Shown here in pieces: positions 39,557 through 49,474 of a stretch of 64,000 nt of DNA (position 1 is the first letter of the stretch; each line of letters opens with the position of its first letter). A program made the position numbers and the translations under genes. The stretch is from an uncultured Holophagaceae bacterium (GTDB lineage Bacteria > Acidobacteriota > Holophagae > Holophagales > Holophagaceae), in NCBI GenBank assembly GCA_903937385.1, contig CAIZZF010000019.1, positions 20,993 to 84,992 of the forward strand. The letters run 5' to 3'. The notes under the pieces are model-generated. The model ran no database searches, was not told the origin of the DNA, and was given only the letters and a program-made list of their open reading frames with translations.

Positions 39557-40414
39557 TCAAGCCTTGGCGTAGTTATAGAACCCGCGGCCGCTCTTCTTGC
39601 CCAGCCAGCCGGCGTCCACGTACTTGATGAGCAGGGGGCAGGGGCGGTACTTGGGATCCCCGAGGCCATCGCAGAGCACGTTCAGGATGGCGAGGCAGGT
39701 GTCCAGGCCGATGAAGTCCGCCAGGGTCAGGGGGCCCATGGGGTGGTTCATGCCCAGCTTCATGATCCCGTCGATGCTCTCCACGGTGGCCACGCCCTCG
39801 AATAGGGTGTAGATGGCCTCGTTGATCATGGGCATCAGGATGCGGTTGGCCACGAAGCCCGGGAAGTCGTTGCAGGAGATGGGGGTCTTGCCCAGGCGCA
39901 CGGCGAGGTCCATCACCGCCTGGTAGATGGCGTCGGAGGTGGCCAGGCCGCGGATGACCTCGATGAGCTGCATGACGGGCACGGGGTTCATGAAGTGCAT
40001 GCCGATGACCGCCTCGGGGCGCTTGGTGACGGCGGCCAGCTTGGTGATGGAGATGCTGCTGGTGTTGGAGGCCAGGATGGCCCCGGCCTTGCAGACTTTG
40101 TCGAGAGTCTCGAAGATCTGCTTCTTGATGACCCAGTTCTCGGTGGCGGCCTCGACCACGATGTCGCAGTCGGCCAGGTCCTCGAGCTTGGTGGTGGTGC
40201 GGATGCGGCCCAGGATGGCGGCCTTCTCCTCGGCGGTCATCTTGCCCTTGTCCACGCCGCGCTGCAGGTTCTTGTCGATGTTGGCCACGCCCTTGGCGGC
40301 GAAGGCCTCGCTGATGTCCTGCATCACCACGGTCAGGCCCGCCTGGGCGGAGACGTGGGCGATGCCGTTGCCCATCTGGCCTGCGCCGATGACGCCGATG
40401 CTCTGGATGCTCAT
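39557..40414 (-). CDS. hbd: 3-hydroxybutyryl-CoA dehydrogenase
   Basis: [43 protein letters not shown]. Confidence 0.95.
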   Translation of the reverse strand: MSIQSIGVIGAGQMGNGIAHVSAQAGLTVVMQDISEAFAAKGVANIDKNLQRGVDKGKMTAEEKAAILGRIRTTTKLEDLADCDIVVEAATENWVIKKQIFETLDKVCKAGAILASNTSSISITKLAAVTKRPEAVIGMHFMNPVPVMQLIEVIRGLATSDAIYQAVMDLAVRLGKTPISCNDFPGFVANRILMPMINEAIYTLFEGVATVESIDGIMKLGMNHPMGPLTLADFIGLDTCLAILNVLCDGLGDPKYRPCPLLIKYVDAGWLGKKSGRGFYNYAKA

Positions 40415-40583
40415 GGAGGACTCTCCTTGGGTGGGGTGGGGGCAGATCCTGTGAAGCTGATGCTGAGGTGGTTAACTCCCTCAATCTTAGCGTCCCGCCC
40501 CCGCTAAATTCTTCCGCTTTTCTCCGCTTCCCCCGCGATCCCTGCGAGTGTAGGTTCTCCCTGTCCCTGCCTGGAGTCCCCCC

Positions 40584-41402
40584 ATGCTGCGCCCGCCCCA
40601 CCACCAGATCTTCGCCTTCGACGCCGAGTGGGTGCCGGATCCCGCCACGGGCCGCCGGGTGCTGGGCCTGCCCCGGGATCTGCCGGACGAGGACGTGATC
40701 ACCCGGATGTGGGCCTACGGCGGCGCCACGGAGGCCGAGCCGCGGCCCTACCTGAAGACCATCCTCTGTCGCGTGGTGTCCATCGCCGCGGTGATCCGCA
40801 CCGTGAAAGGGGGCGAGGTCTCCCACCGCCTCTACGCCCTGCCGGACGGGCCGGAGGCGCTGCCCGAGGATGAGCTGCTGCGCCGCTTCCTGCTGGCCAT
40901 CGGGGACAAGAAGCCGCAGCTGGTGGGCTTCAACTCCCGGGATGCGGACCTGCCCATCCTGGTGCAGCGGGCCATGGTGCACCGGCTCTCCATCCCGGGT
41001 CTGGGCCGCAGCGCCGAGAAGTGGGCGAAGGACGACTTCTTCGACCGCTACGGCAGCCAGCACATCGACCTCCGGGAGGCCCTGGGCAGCTGGGGCAAGG
41101 CCTCCTCCACCCTGCACGAGCTGGCCACGGCCTGCGGGATTCCCGGCAAGCTGGGCACCGATGGGAAGAGCGTCATCGACCTCTGGCGGGCCGGGGATGT
41201 GGCGGGCATCGTCCGCTACAACCAGTTCGACGCCCTGACCACCTTCCTGGTCTGGCTGCGGGGCATGACCCTGTCGGGGCACCTCACTCCGGAGCAGCTG
41301 GAGGCCGAGGAGACCCAGATCCGGGCCCTGGTGCGCCAGAAGGCCGCGACGGACCCCTGTTTCGAGCTGTTTCTGGACGGGTGGAGCGAGCTGGCTTCCT
41401 GA
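40584..41402 (+). CDS. Stand-alone PolB-like 3'-5' exonuclease (DEDDy)
   Basis: FDAEW (ExoI), GFNSRDADLP (ExoII), YNQFD (ExoIII). Confidence 0.85.
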   Translation: MLRPPHHQIFAFDAEWVPDPATGRRVLGLPRDLPDEDVITRMWAYGGATEAEPRPYLKTILCRVVSIAAVIRTVKGGEVSHRLYALPDGPEALPEDELLRRFLLAIGDKKPQLVGFNSRDADLPILVQRAMVHRLSIPGLGRSAEKWAKDDFFDRYGSQHIDLREALGSWGKASSTLHELATACGIPGKLGTDGKSVIDLWRAGDVAGIVRYNQFDALTTFLVWLRGMTLSGHLTPEQLEAEETQIRALVRQKAATDPCFELFLDGWSELAS

Positions 41403-41435
41403 AACAGGGAAGGTTGGCGGGCAACGGGATAAAAC

Positions 41436-41451
41436 TGGCATAGATTGAGCA
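41436..41451 (+). promoter_or_regulatory. Candidate sigma-54 promoter
   Basis: TGGCATAGATTGAGCA has GG-N10-GC spacing, about 45 nt upstream of ATG 41495. Confidence 0.4.
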
Positions 41452-41494
41452 AACCCAAGTTTGGGCCGATAGACTGTTGACCCTAGGAGTCGCC

Positions 41495-41797
41495 ATGAAC
41501 CAGGAGATCCGCCCCGAGGACCTCATCGTCACCGAGCAGGATGGCACCCGCCGGATCAACCACGACGTCATCGAGAGCTACGGCCTGTTCAACCTGCCCA
41601 AGGCGACCATGCGCCAGGCCCTGATGGTCTACTACGACAACGCCAGCCGGCAGGGCCGGGGCGCGGCCCAGACCGTGCGCACCTTCATCACCCTGGCCAG
41701 CGCCATCACCCGCTTCCCCCGCCAGGTCGCCATCAACTTCACCCGCGGCACCGCCTACCGGCGGAACATGCGGATGCTCAGGCGGTACAGCCGCTAG
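41495..41797 (+). CDS. Hypothetical protein (100 aa, Arg-rich C-terminus)
   Basis: AGGAG RBS; strong host-like codon usage. Confidence 0.8.
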   Translation: MNQEIRPEDLIVTEQDGTRRINHDVIESYGLFNLPKATMRQALMVYYDNASRQGRGAAQTVRTFITLASAITRFPRQVAINFTRGTAYRRNMRMLRRYSR

Positions 41798-41808
41798 CAC
41801 TGAAGACT

Positions 41809-41904
41809 CTCGGAGAGGGACGCGGAGAAAGCGGAGGGGCGCAGAGCAAGGCGGGCCTGTCCTTCTCTGCGAACCTCTGCCCTCTCTGCTGTCCTCTGCG
41901 TGAG
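41809..41904. repeat. Imperfect palindrome with GCAGAG/GCGGAG-type repeated arms (family C)
   Basis: Left arm cggagagggacgcggagaaagcggaggggcgcagag, right arm ctctgcgaacctctgccctctctgctgtcctctgcg; between convergent genes. Confidence 0.65.
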
Positions 41905-41908
41905 TTGT

Positions 41909-42691
41909 TCAGAGCGTCCTGAGAATTCGCTCAATGGATACCGCCTGGCGGCCGTCGGTGGTGACGAGGACGGCGTGGAGCTGGGCGTCGCCGGTGGCGA
42001 CCTCGTAGCGGGGCCGCTGGACGTTGAGGAAACGGCCCAGGCTGCATTCCTTCTTCATGCCGATGACGCCGTCGTAGGGTCCGGTCATGCCGATGTCCGT
42101 CACGTAGGCGGTGCCGCCAGGCAGCACCTTGGCATCCAGGGTGGGCACGTGGGTGTGGGTGCCCAGCACCGCCGCTGCGCGGCCGGCCAGGTGATAGCCC
42201 ATGGCCTGGGCCTCGCTGGTGGCCTCGGCGTGCATGTCCACGAGCACCAAGTCGGCGCGCTCCTTCTGGAGGATGCCGTCCACGCAGCGGAAGGGGCAGT
42301 CGCAGGGCGACATGTGCACCCGCCCCATGAGGTTGATGACCAGCACCTCGGCGCCGGAAGGCGTGTGCAGCTTGACCCAGCCGTTGCCGGGGGTGGCGGG
42401 CGGGTGATTGGCGGGCCGGATCAGGCGCGGCTCCTGGCGGAAGTAGCTCTCGATGCCCTTCACGTCGAAGGCGTGGTTGCCGGTGGTGATGACATCGACG
42501 CCCAGGTTGTCGAACCACTGCCGGGCGATGGCCTCCGTGATGCCGTGGCCGTGCGCGGCGTTCTCGCCGTTGATCACCACCAAGTCCGCGCCGGTCTCCC
42601 GGCGGAGGCCGGGAATGAACTCCTCCACCAGCCGCCGGCCGGCTTCCCCTACGACATCGCCCAAGGCGAGGATCTTAAGCTGTGTGCCCAT
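41909..42691 (-). CDS. ymdB: YmdB-like metallophosphoesterase (TIGR00282 type)
   Basis: GDVVG, NGENAAHG, TGNH, DMHAEATSE, GTHTHV, TDIGMTG. Confidence 0.93.
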   Translation of the reverse strand: MGTQLKILALGDVVGEAGRRLVEEFIPGLRRETGADLVVINGENAAHGHGITEAIARQWFDNLGVDVITTGNHAFDVKGIESYFRQEPRLIRPANHPPATPGNGWVKLHTPSGAEVLVINLMGRVHMSPCDCPFRCVDGILQKERADLVLVDMHAEATSEAQAMGYHLAGRAAAVLGTHTHVPTLDAKVLPGGTAYVTDIGMTGPYDGVIGMKKECSLGRFLNVQRPRYEVATGDAQLHAVLVTTDGRQAVSIERILRTL

Positions 42692-42710
42692 GCTTCCAGC
42701 CTAGCAAAGA

Positions 42711-42738
42711 AAAGGGCGGCGCTGAGGCGCCGCCCTTT
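42711..42738 (-). terminator. Intrinsic terminator after the TonB-dependent receptor
   Basis: aaagggcggcgc-tgag-gcgccgcccttt. Confidence 0.7.
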
Positions 42739-42754
42739 CCTAGAGGAGTTGGAA

Positions 42755-45724
42755 CTAGAACGCGAAGCGGGCACCGACCTGGATCTGGCGGGCGGAGCCC
42801 AGCCAGTTCTGCTGCTGCTGCAGGTTGGCGGCAGAGTTCGCGTCCACCGTGGCCGGGGTAACCGGGGAGCTGTAGGAAACCCGGGTGGAGAGGTAGGTGT
42901 CCTGGCGGTTGAGGACGTTGAAGATATCCGCGGACAGGGTCATCTTCGCCCGCTTGGTGATGGCGAAGTCACGGCGGAGGCCCAGATCCATGTAGAGGAC
43001 GGAACCCGCGCGCCGGGTGTTGCGGCCGGTATCCACGCCATTGGCATAGTAGCGGTCGTTGGAGCTGTTGCCGTCGCCGTTCACGTCGGCCGTGTAGTTA
43101 AGCGTGTAGGGCGTGCCGGTCTGGTAGCGCACGGATAAGGAGGTGCGGATGCCGCTGACCTGGCTGTCGAGGTAGCTCATGTAGCCGGTCAGGACCTGAC
43201 GGCGATCCGTGTCGGCGAAGCCCCACTGGGAGCCCAGGTTGCTGACGTCCTGGATGCTGACGCCCGAGTAGTTGCGCTCGTTGGAGTCACTGTCCTTGTT
43301 GATGGCGTAGGTGTAGAACATCTGCGCGTCGAAGTCGCTGCCTTCCTTGTGGTACTTCACGCTGAAGGTGTAGGCGTGGTAGATGCTGGTGGCATCCGAC
43401 AGATACATGCCCATGGTGCCGTAGCTGGCATTGGGGCGGACCGGCGTGTAGCTGCCGCCGACGGCGGTGCTGGGATAGATCAGGCGGCCGTAGGCGTTGG
43501 CCACGGGGGTGCCGAGGTTCACGTCAGCGGTGCGCTCGAGCTGGTTGCCTTTGGCGTAGGTGGCGGACAGGCCGACCACCACGTCATGGATGGGCCGCTC
43601 GAAGCCGAGGTTGAAGCGATCCGTGTAGGGGTTCTTGAAGTCCGGGCTGAACGTCCAGATGTTGAAGGCGGGCAGGGACACACCGGCGGGGAAGGAAGCG
43701 ACCCAGTAGGGGTTGCTGGCGTTGAAGGCCGCGCCAATGGGGATCCCGTAGGTAGCGGCTTCGGCGGGGGTGAAGTCCTTGGAACCCGTCCGGCGACCAT
43801 TGGCGGCGAAGACCTGGTAGAGGAACACCGCCGGGGTGGTGCTGACGTAGCGGCCCAGGCTGCCACGGACGACCGTCTTGCCCTGGTCGGCGGCGGGGGT
43901 CCAGGTGAAGGAGAGACGGGGGGAGAACTGGCTGTCGTTGGGGATCTTGGCGGTCACGGGCATGGAGGTAGCCAGCCGGTTGCTCATGTCCAGGATCGGG
44001 TAGTCCGGATTCTGCTGCTTGTCCCAGCGGAGGCCGAGCCCGACTTTGAGGGTGTCGGTGGCGCGCCAGTCGGCCTGGATGAAGGCGGCTTCCTGCTTCA
44101 TGGTGGCGCTGAAGAGGCCAGCCTCGGAGACGGGGCCGCTGAGGCCGAAGTTCTGCCTGTAGTAGGACCAGGCACCGGAACGGAAGTTGGCGATGTTGCT
44201 GAAGGAGTAGACGCCGCGCCAGTTGCCGGCGAAGAACTCGGAGACGTCCATGGTGTTGTAGTCGAGACCCGCCTTCACCTGCAGGGTGGGCGTGACGTAG
44301 CTGAGGTTCTCCTGGAACTGGGTCCGCTTGGTGTTGTAGGTGCGGTCGAAGGGGTAGGCGCCGTAGTAGCCGACGTTGCTGATGCTCACTTCGGGGGTGG
44401 TGGAGTAGGGCGCCCGGGGCATGTCGTCCTTCGTGTAGTTCACGCGGGCTTCATTCATCCAGTTGGCGTTGATCACCCAGTTCCACTGCATCACGAAGGC
44501 GTCGGTGGTGACGACATCCGTGGCGAGGTTCTCGTAGGCGGCGGTGGTGCCGGCGCCGACATCGCCGTTGAACTTGGAGTGGTTCACGCGGAGCTGCAAG
44601 GTCTGGTCCGTGGTGATGTTCCAGTCGATGCGGGCAAACATGGTGTCGGAGTCGGCCTTGCTGGAGTAGGCACCGGCCTTGGCGATGAGGGCCGCGTCGT
44701 TGGCGTGGCCGGCGAGGGTCGTGTCCAGGGGGTAGAGACCGGTCGGGGGGTTGGTGCCGCCCCAAGCCATGTTGTAGGGGGTCTTCTGGCGCTGGGCGTC
44801 ATAGGCCACGAAGTAGAAGAGCTTGTCCTTGACCAGGGGGCCGCCGACGCTGAAGCCGAACTGCTCCTGGCTGAAGTCGCCCACGGGATAGACGGATACG
44901 GAGCCCGAGGGCTGGCGCAGGGTCGGACCCGGCTCGACCCACAGCTTGGGCCGGGTGTAGTAGAAGAGGCTGCCGCTGGTCTCGTTGGTGCCGTTCTTCG
45001 TGATGGCGTTCACATAGCCACCGCCCATGCGGCCGAACTCAGCGCTGGCGCCGTCGGTGACCACCTGGTACTCGCGGATGGCTTCGATGGAGATCGTGAA
45101 CGGGGTCTTGCCTTCCGCCGCACCGATGGCGCCGCCGAAGAAGGGCTCGTTGTTGTCGCCGCCGTCGATGTTGATGGAGGTGTTCACACCGCGCTGGCCG
45201 GCGATGGCGAGGTTGCCGCGGCTGCTGTCCACGACCACCTGGGGAGCCAGGGTGGCGAGGTTGGTGAAGGAGCGGTTGAAGACGGGCAGGCTGGACAGGT
45301 TGTCCGTGGAGATGATGGCGGCGGCGCTGGCGCGCTCGCTGTCCACCTGGGCGGCGGAGGCGGCGACGACTTCCACCACGGCGCCGGTCTCGGGCGCGAG
45401 CTTGACGGTCAGGGGGGCGGCATCACCGAGGTTCAGGTTCAGCTTGATGTTGCCCGCAGTCTGGAAGCCAGCCTTGGTGACGGTCACGACGTAGGGGCCC
45501 ACGGGCAGCAGGGTGGCCATGTAGCGGCCTTCGGCGCTGGTCTGCAGGGTGCGGGTCAGGCCGGTCTCCTGGTTGCGGATGACCACCGTGGCGCCGGCCA
45601 CAGGGCCGCCTTTGGCATCCAGCACGCGGCCACCGAGCTGAGTGGAGACGCCCTGGGCCATGAGGGGGGCTGCGGCGACGAGCAGGGCTGCAAGGGATGA
45701 AGTGCTCAGGTGCCTTGAACGCAT
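42755..45724 (-). CDS. Oar-like TonB-dependent receptor with N-terminal carboxypeptidase-regulatory-like domain
   Basis: Signal peptide; GRVLDAKGGPVAGATV; IDGGDNN, AEFGRMGGG, AITKNGTN plug motifs; C-terminal Phe. Confidence 0.9.
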   Translation of the reverse strand: MRSRHLSTSSLAALLVAAAPLMAQGVSTQLGGRVLDAKGGPVAGATVVIRNQETGLTRTLQTSAEGRYMATLLPVGPYVVTVTKAGFQTAGNIKLNLNLGDAAPLTVKLAPETGAVVEVVAASAAQVDSERASAAAIISTDNLSSLPVFNRSFTNLATLAPQVVVDSSRGNLAIAGQRGVNTSINIDGGDNNEPFFGGAIGAAEGKTPFTISIEAIREYQVVTDGASAEFGRMGGGYVNAITKNGTNETSGSLFYYTRPKLWVEPGPTLRQPSGSVSVYPVGDFSQEQFGFSVGGPLVKDKLFYFVAYDAQRQKTPYNMAWGGTNPPTGLYPLDTTLAGHANDAALIAKAGAYSSKADSDTMFARIDWNITTDQTLQLRVNHSKFNGDVGAGTTAAYENLATDVVTTDAFVMQWNWVINANWMNEARVNYTKDDMPRAPYSTTPEVSISNVGYYGAYPFDRTYNTKRTQFQENLSYVTPTLQVKAGLDYNTMDVSEFFAGNWRGVYSFSNIANFRSGAWSYYRQNFGLSGPVSEAGLFSATMKQEAAFIQADWRATDTLKVGLGLRWDKQQNPDYPILDMSNRLATSMPVTAKIPNDSQFSPRLSFTWTPAADQGKTVVRGSLGRYVSTTPAVFLYQVFAANGRRTGSKDFTPAEAATYGIPIGAAFNASNPYWVASFPAGVSLPAFNIWTFSPDFKNPYTDRFNLGFERPIHDVVVGLSATYAKGNQLERTADVNLGTPVANAYGRLIYPSTAVGGSYTPVRPNASYGTMGMYLSDATSIYHAYTFSVKYHKEGSDFDAQMFYTYAINKDSDSNERNYSGVSIQDVSNLGSQWGFADTDRRQVLTGYMSYLDSQVSGIRTSLSVRYQTGTPYTLNYTADVNGDGNSSNDRYYANGVDTGRNTRRAGSVLYMDLGLRRDFAITKRAKMTLSADIFNVLNRQDTYLSTRVSYSSPVTPATVDANSAANLQQQQNWLGSARQIQVGARFAF

Positions 45725-45987
45725 AGGAAGTTCCTCCACTTTTGAGGGTAGCGGCCCCAGGGGGGCATTGAAAGGGGACCCGGGGGTTAAGCAACCGAAG
45801 TCACACTCCCGGTACGGGGCCGTCTTGATAGGGGGCGGAAGGGTCCACCCAGGCCCGATGGCTGGACCCGGGTCTGGAACCCGTCAGATTCCGAAGGATT
45901 TCTTGAAGGTGCATCAATCAAATCAGTTAGATATGCAGCCAGCCAAGGAAAATATGGCAAACATGATCTTTGAGTCGCAATAACGAA

Positions 45988-46018
45988 AAGCCGCGGCTCC
46001 GAGTGGGAGCCGCGGCTT
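45988..46018 (-). terminator. Intrinsic terminator between the two receptor genes
   Basis: aagccgcggctcc-gagtg-ggagccgcggctt with an adjacent A-run on the + strand. Confidence 0.8.
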
Positions 46019-46064
46019 GAGCGGGCGGTCAGGGAACCCTTGACGCCACCCGGTGCGCAGAGGG

Positions 46065-49000
46065 TCAGAACTTGAGGCGCAGGCCCAGCTGGACTTCCCG
46101 GGTCTTGGTCTTGTCGACGTTGCCCAGCTGGCCGAAGGCGGCCGCGGGTGCCGTGGCGGTGTTCGTGCCCAACTTGTAGTTGGAGGTGGGCACGAAGTAG
46201 TCCGCCTTGTTGAGAATGTTGTAAATATCAAGAATGCCGTCCACCTGGAACCGCTTGGCCAGCTTGAACGCGCGGCTGATGCGCAGGTCGAACTGGCTGT
46301 AGCCGGGCTGGCGCAGGTCGTTCCGGGTGTGCCCTGCGAGGACATGGTTGGCCATGTTGTCCCCGTTCAGGTCATTGGAGTAGTAGGCCGTGTAGGGCAG
46401 GCCCGACTGGTAGAGAGCGCGCAGAGCGACATCCACGCTATCGCCGATGGGGAAATAGAACACCGCGTTGACCACCCAGCGCCGGTCGTTGTCGCTGTAG
46501 CCGAAGTTGGAGGCGGGACCCTGGGGATCGGAGGTCTGGGAGGCGCCCAGCTCGCTGGTGAAGTCCGTGCTGGCGGAGGTGTAGGTGCCGCGCTCGAAGG
46601 AGCCGGTGTCCTGGGACTTCGACCAGGTGGCGTTGGCGATGAGGCCGGTGCGGTCATCCCAGGACTTCTTGGCGGTGATGCTGACACCCCGGTAGTATCC
46701 CCAGCCATCGGTCTTCACCAGATAGACATCGCTGAAGCCGCCGACGGGGTTCCCGGGCACGGTGGCCTGGGGACCGAAGCTGACTTGGCGGCCCGCGACG
46801 ATCGCCTGACCCGGGCGGCTGGCAGTGCTCCAGGAGTTGCTGCCGGAGGCATAGCCGTCGTTGTAGAGACCGCCCGCGATGAGGGCCCCCGAGGCGTCGT
46901 TCTGGCCCAGGTTGATGTTCTCGAAGCGCTGCAGGTGCTCGTATTTCACGTAGGTGCCGCTGAGGCCCACCACGAACCGGTTGCCCAGGTCGTGCTCGAT
47001 CCCGAGGTTGACCTTCTTGGACTGGGAGAGCTTGTTGTTGGGATCCCACAGCGAGGTGGGAGAGGCCCCGGCCGTGAAGAGCCCGCTGCTGGCGATGGCG
47101 GCCAGCTCGCCATCGTTGGCCTTCCGGAGGCTGGTGCCGCTGAGCAGGTTCGCGGCGCTGAGGAGTCCGGAGTTGAACAGGGCCAGGTTGCCGGCGCTGG
47201 TCTTGTTAAGGGCGAAGGAGTAGTTGGTGATGATCTGGCCGTTGCCGGTCATGGTGTTCGAGTGCAGGAGCAGGGGGGTCGGGCTGGTGAAGACGCCGTA
47301 GCCGCCGCGGATCACGGTCTTGCCATGACCGTCGAGGTCGAAGCTGAAGGCCAGGCGCGGATCCGTGGTGCTGCCGCCGTAGCCCTGGTCGAGCCCCTTG
47401 AAGTTCGGGTTTGGATGGGGGTTGTCGGAGAAGGTCTGCTTGTTGCTGCGCAGGCCGGCCGTGAGGGTCAGGCGCTTGTCGAAGAGCCCCGAGTACTGGA
47501 TCTGGCCGAAGAAGCCGTCTGTGTGGGTCCACATCGGGATGCGGCCGAAGTAGGGGCTGACGCCGCCCGCGTAGACGATGCTGCCGGGCGTCCCCGCCGC
47601 GACCGTGCCCCCCGCCCAGGCGGTGGCTCCGGCGTAAGTGTCGAAGCGCCAGGAGCCAGCGTTGTTCTGGAAGAACTGGTTGTCCTCATCCACCCGGAGC
47701 AGGTCCACGCCACCCTTCACCTGCAGGTCCCCGTGGGTCCAGGTGGTGGCGCTGAAGAACTGGGTGGTGATCTCGTTGCTCTCCCGGGGCGTCGAGGTCT
47801 TCGTGCCGAAGGACATGTTGGTCGCCGAGGTCGGAATCGCGATGGCGGGCACGCCGGGCGCCGCGTTGTTCCGCATGGGCCGGGCTTCCCGGGCCAGCTG
47901 CAGGCGGCTCTCGGTGAAGAGCTCATTCGACCAGATGTCGTTGGCCTCGAGCACCCAGCTGATGGACTGCACCTTCGTGGGGATGTTGTTGCTCTCGGCG
48001 TTGTTGGGGCTGGCGCTGGTGTTCTGCAGGGTGTCCGTCATGTCCTGGAAGTTGCCGCGCAGGACGAAGCGGTGGTTGGGGCTGGCCACCCAGTCGAGGC
48101 GCCCGAAGTAGACCGTGTTGGTGTTCTCCATGGGGTAGGAGCTGGCGGGGATGCCCGCGCCGGGGTTACCGAACTCCTGTGCCAGGGTGAGGCCGGAGCG
48201 GTTGGTGACGATGCCGCCCAGGGACGAGGCCAGGAAGGTCGTCAGGTCCGTCGCGGTCATGCCCGCGCTGGTGCTCACCGTGGTGGGGCTGGGCGTGGCC
48301 GTGATCTTCCGGTTGTAGCGCTCCACCCCGAAGAAGTAGAAGAGCTTCTCCTTGATGATCGGGCCGCTGATGTTGAAGTTCACGTTGGTGGAGTCGTTGA
48401 AGCGGCTGAGGTTCGCAGGGGTGTTGAAGGACCCGGTGGGATCATAGGGCACCCGCTGGGCCGACTCGGTCCAGGCGGTCTTGCGGAACTGGTAGAGGGC
48501 GCTGCCGCCGACCTCGTTGGTGCCACCCCGGGTGATGGCGTTGATGGTGGCGCCGGCCTGGGCGTACTGGACATCGAAGCCGTTGGTGATGACCTGCAGC
48601 TCCTTGATGGTGTCCGCGCCGAAGATGAAGGGGGTGTAGACTCCGCCGCGCTGCTCGTTGAAGAAGGCGGAGTTGTTGCTGGCGCCGTCGATCTGGATCG
48701 CATTGAAGATCTGGCGGCCGCCCTCCACCACCAGCCGGGCCGGGCTGCCGGAGCCGGCGGTCACGCCCGGGGCCAGCTTGGCGATGTCCGTGAAGTTGCG
48801 GGTGACCAGGGGGATGGACTCCACCAGGCTCTGGTCGATGGTGGCCACGGTGTTCACCTGCTGGGTGTCAATGGCCCCGGTGGAGCCCGTGACTTCCACG
48901 GTGGCGCCGACCTCCGTGGCCTCCAGGGTCGGGCTGAGCGTGGTGGTGTTGCCCAGGGTGACCCGGACGCCCGCGGTCTTGGTGGGGAGGTAGCCCACGG

Positions 49001-49253
49001 CGGTGACACTCACGTCGTAGGCGCCCGAGGGCAGCAGGGGGAAGGAGAACTCTCCGGTGGCACCGCTTCGGGTGCTCCGGCTCACCCCGGTCTCCTGGTT
49101 CTGGACGCGGATGGAAGCCCCAGCGACGGCGCGGCCGGCGCGGTCCCGGACAGCGCCTCGGACGGCGCCCGAGGTCTGGCTGCTCTGGGCGTGGGCGACG
49201 ACGGAAAAGGCGAGGGCCGTCAGGGTGAGGGCGGGTAGGCGGCGGTGGAACAT
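46065..49253 (-). CDS. Oar-like TonB-dependent receptor (paralogue)
   Basis: Signal peptide; GAVRDRAGRAVAGASI; IDGASNN, NAITRGGTN; C-terminal Phe. Confidence 0.9.
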   Translation of the reverse strand: MFHRRLPALTLTALAFSVVAHAQSSQTSGAVRGAVRDRAGRAVAGASIRVQNQETGVSRSTRSGATGEFSFPLLPSGAYDVSVTAVGYLPTKTAGVRVTLGNTTTLSPTLEATEVGATVEVTGSTGAIDTQQVNTVATIDQSLVESIPLVTRNFTDIAKLAPGVTAGSGSPARLVVEGGRQIFNAIQIDGASNNSAFFNEQRGGVYTPFIFGADTIKELQVITNGFDVQYAQAGATINAITRGGTNEVGGSALYQFRKTAWTESAQRVPYDPTGSFNTPANLSRFNDSTNVNFNISGPIIKEKLFYFFGVERYNRKITATPSPTTVSTSAGMTATDLTTFLASSLGGIVTNRSGLTLAQEFGNPGAGIPASSYPMENTNTVYFGRLDWVASPNHRFVLRGNFQDMTDTLQNTSASPNNAESNNIPTKVQSISWVLEANDIWSNELFTESRLQLAREARPMRNNAAPGVPAIAIPTSATNMSFGTKTSTPRESNEITTQFFSATTWTHGDLQVKGGVDLLRVDEDNQFFQNNAGSWRFDTYAGATAWAGGTVAAGTPGSIVYAGGVSPYFGRIPMWTHTDGFFGQIQYSGLFDKRLTLTAGLRSNKQTFSDNPHPNPNFKGLDQGYGGSTTDPRLAFSFDLDGHGKTVIRGGYGVFTSPTPLLLHSNTMTGNGQIITNYSFALNKTSAGNLALFNSGLLSAANLLSGTSLRKANDGELAAIASSGLFTAGASPTSLWDPNNKLSQSKKVNLGIEHDLGNRFVVGLSGTYVKYEHLQRFENINLGQNDASGALIAGGLYNDGYASGSNSWSTASRPGQAIVAGRQVSFGPQATVPGNPVGGFSDVYLVKTDGWGYYRGVSITAKKSWDDRTGLIANATWSKSQDTGSFERGTYTSASTDFTSELGASQTSDPQGPASNFGYSDNDRRWVVNAVFYFPIGDSVDVALRALYQSGLPYTAYYSNDLNGDNMANHVLAGHTRNDLRQPGYSQFDLRISRAFKLAKRFQVDGILDIYNILNKADYFVPTSNYKLGTNTATAPAAAFGQLGNVDKTKTREVQLGLRLKF

Positions 49254-49474
49254 GAAGTCCTCCAGGGGGCTCAGGGCCGGTTAGCGGGAAGGGCTAGCAA
49301 TGTCGTGACACCCAAACAAGCTACACGATAAAAATAAAAATGGGAACCTTTCTGGAATTGTAAAAATAAGGTGAATTTGGGGGAACTGGAACGTATGCCA
49401 CCCGCAAGGCATTGAATGGTCACAGGGAGGTCCGAGGGGGCCGTCTGTTAGGCTCAATCTTTCCCGGGAAACCC

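Noticed and set aside
39573-41441. 622-aa + strand ORF spanning hbd and the exonuclease
   Set aside because: Overlaps two confident genes in other frames and has low-complexity Arg/Gly/Pro shadow composition.
46053-49238. 1061-aa + strand ORF, and similar long antisense ORFs (5479-7596, 10439-12367, 32813-34828, 43349-45700, 50183-53371, 56942-58516)
   Set aside because: Shadow ORFs opposite well-supported genes; expected in high-GC DNA; no recognisable motifs.
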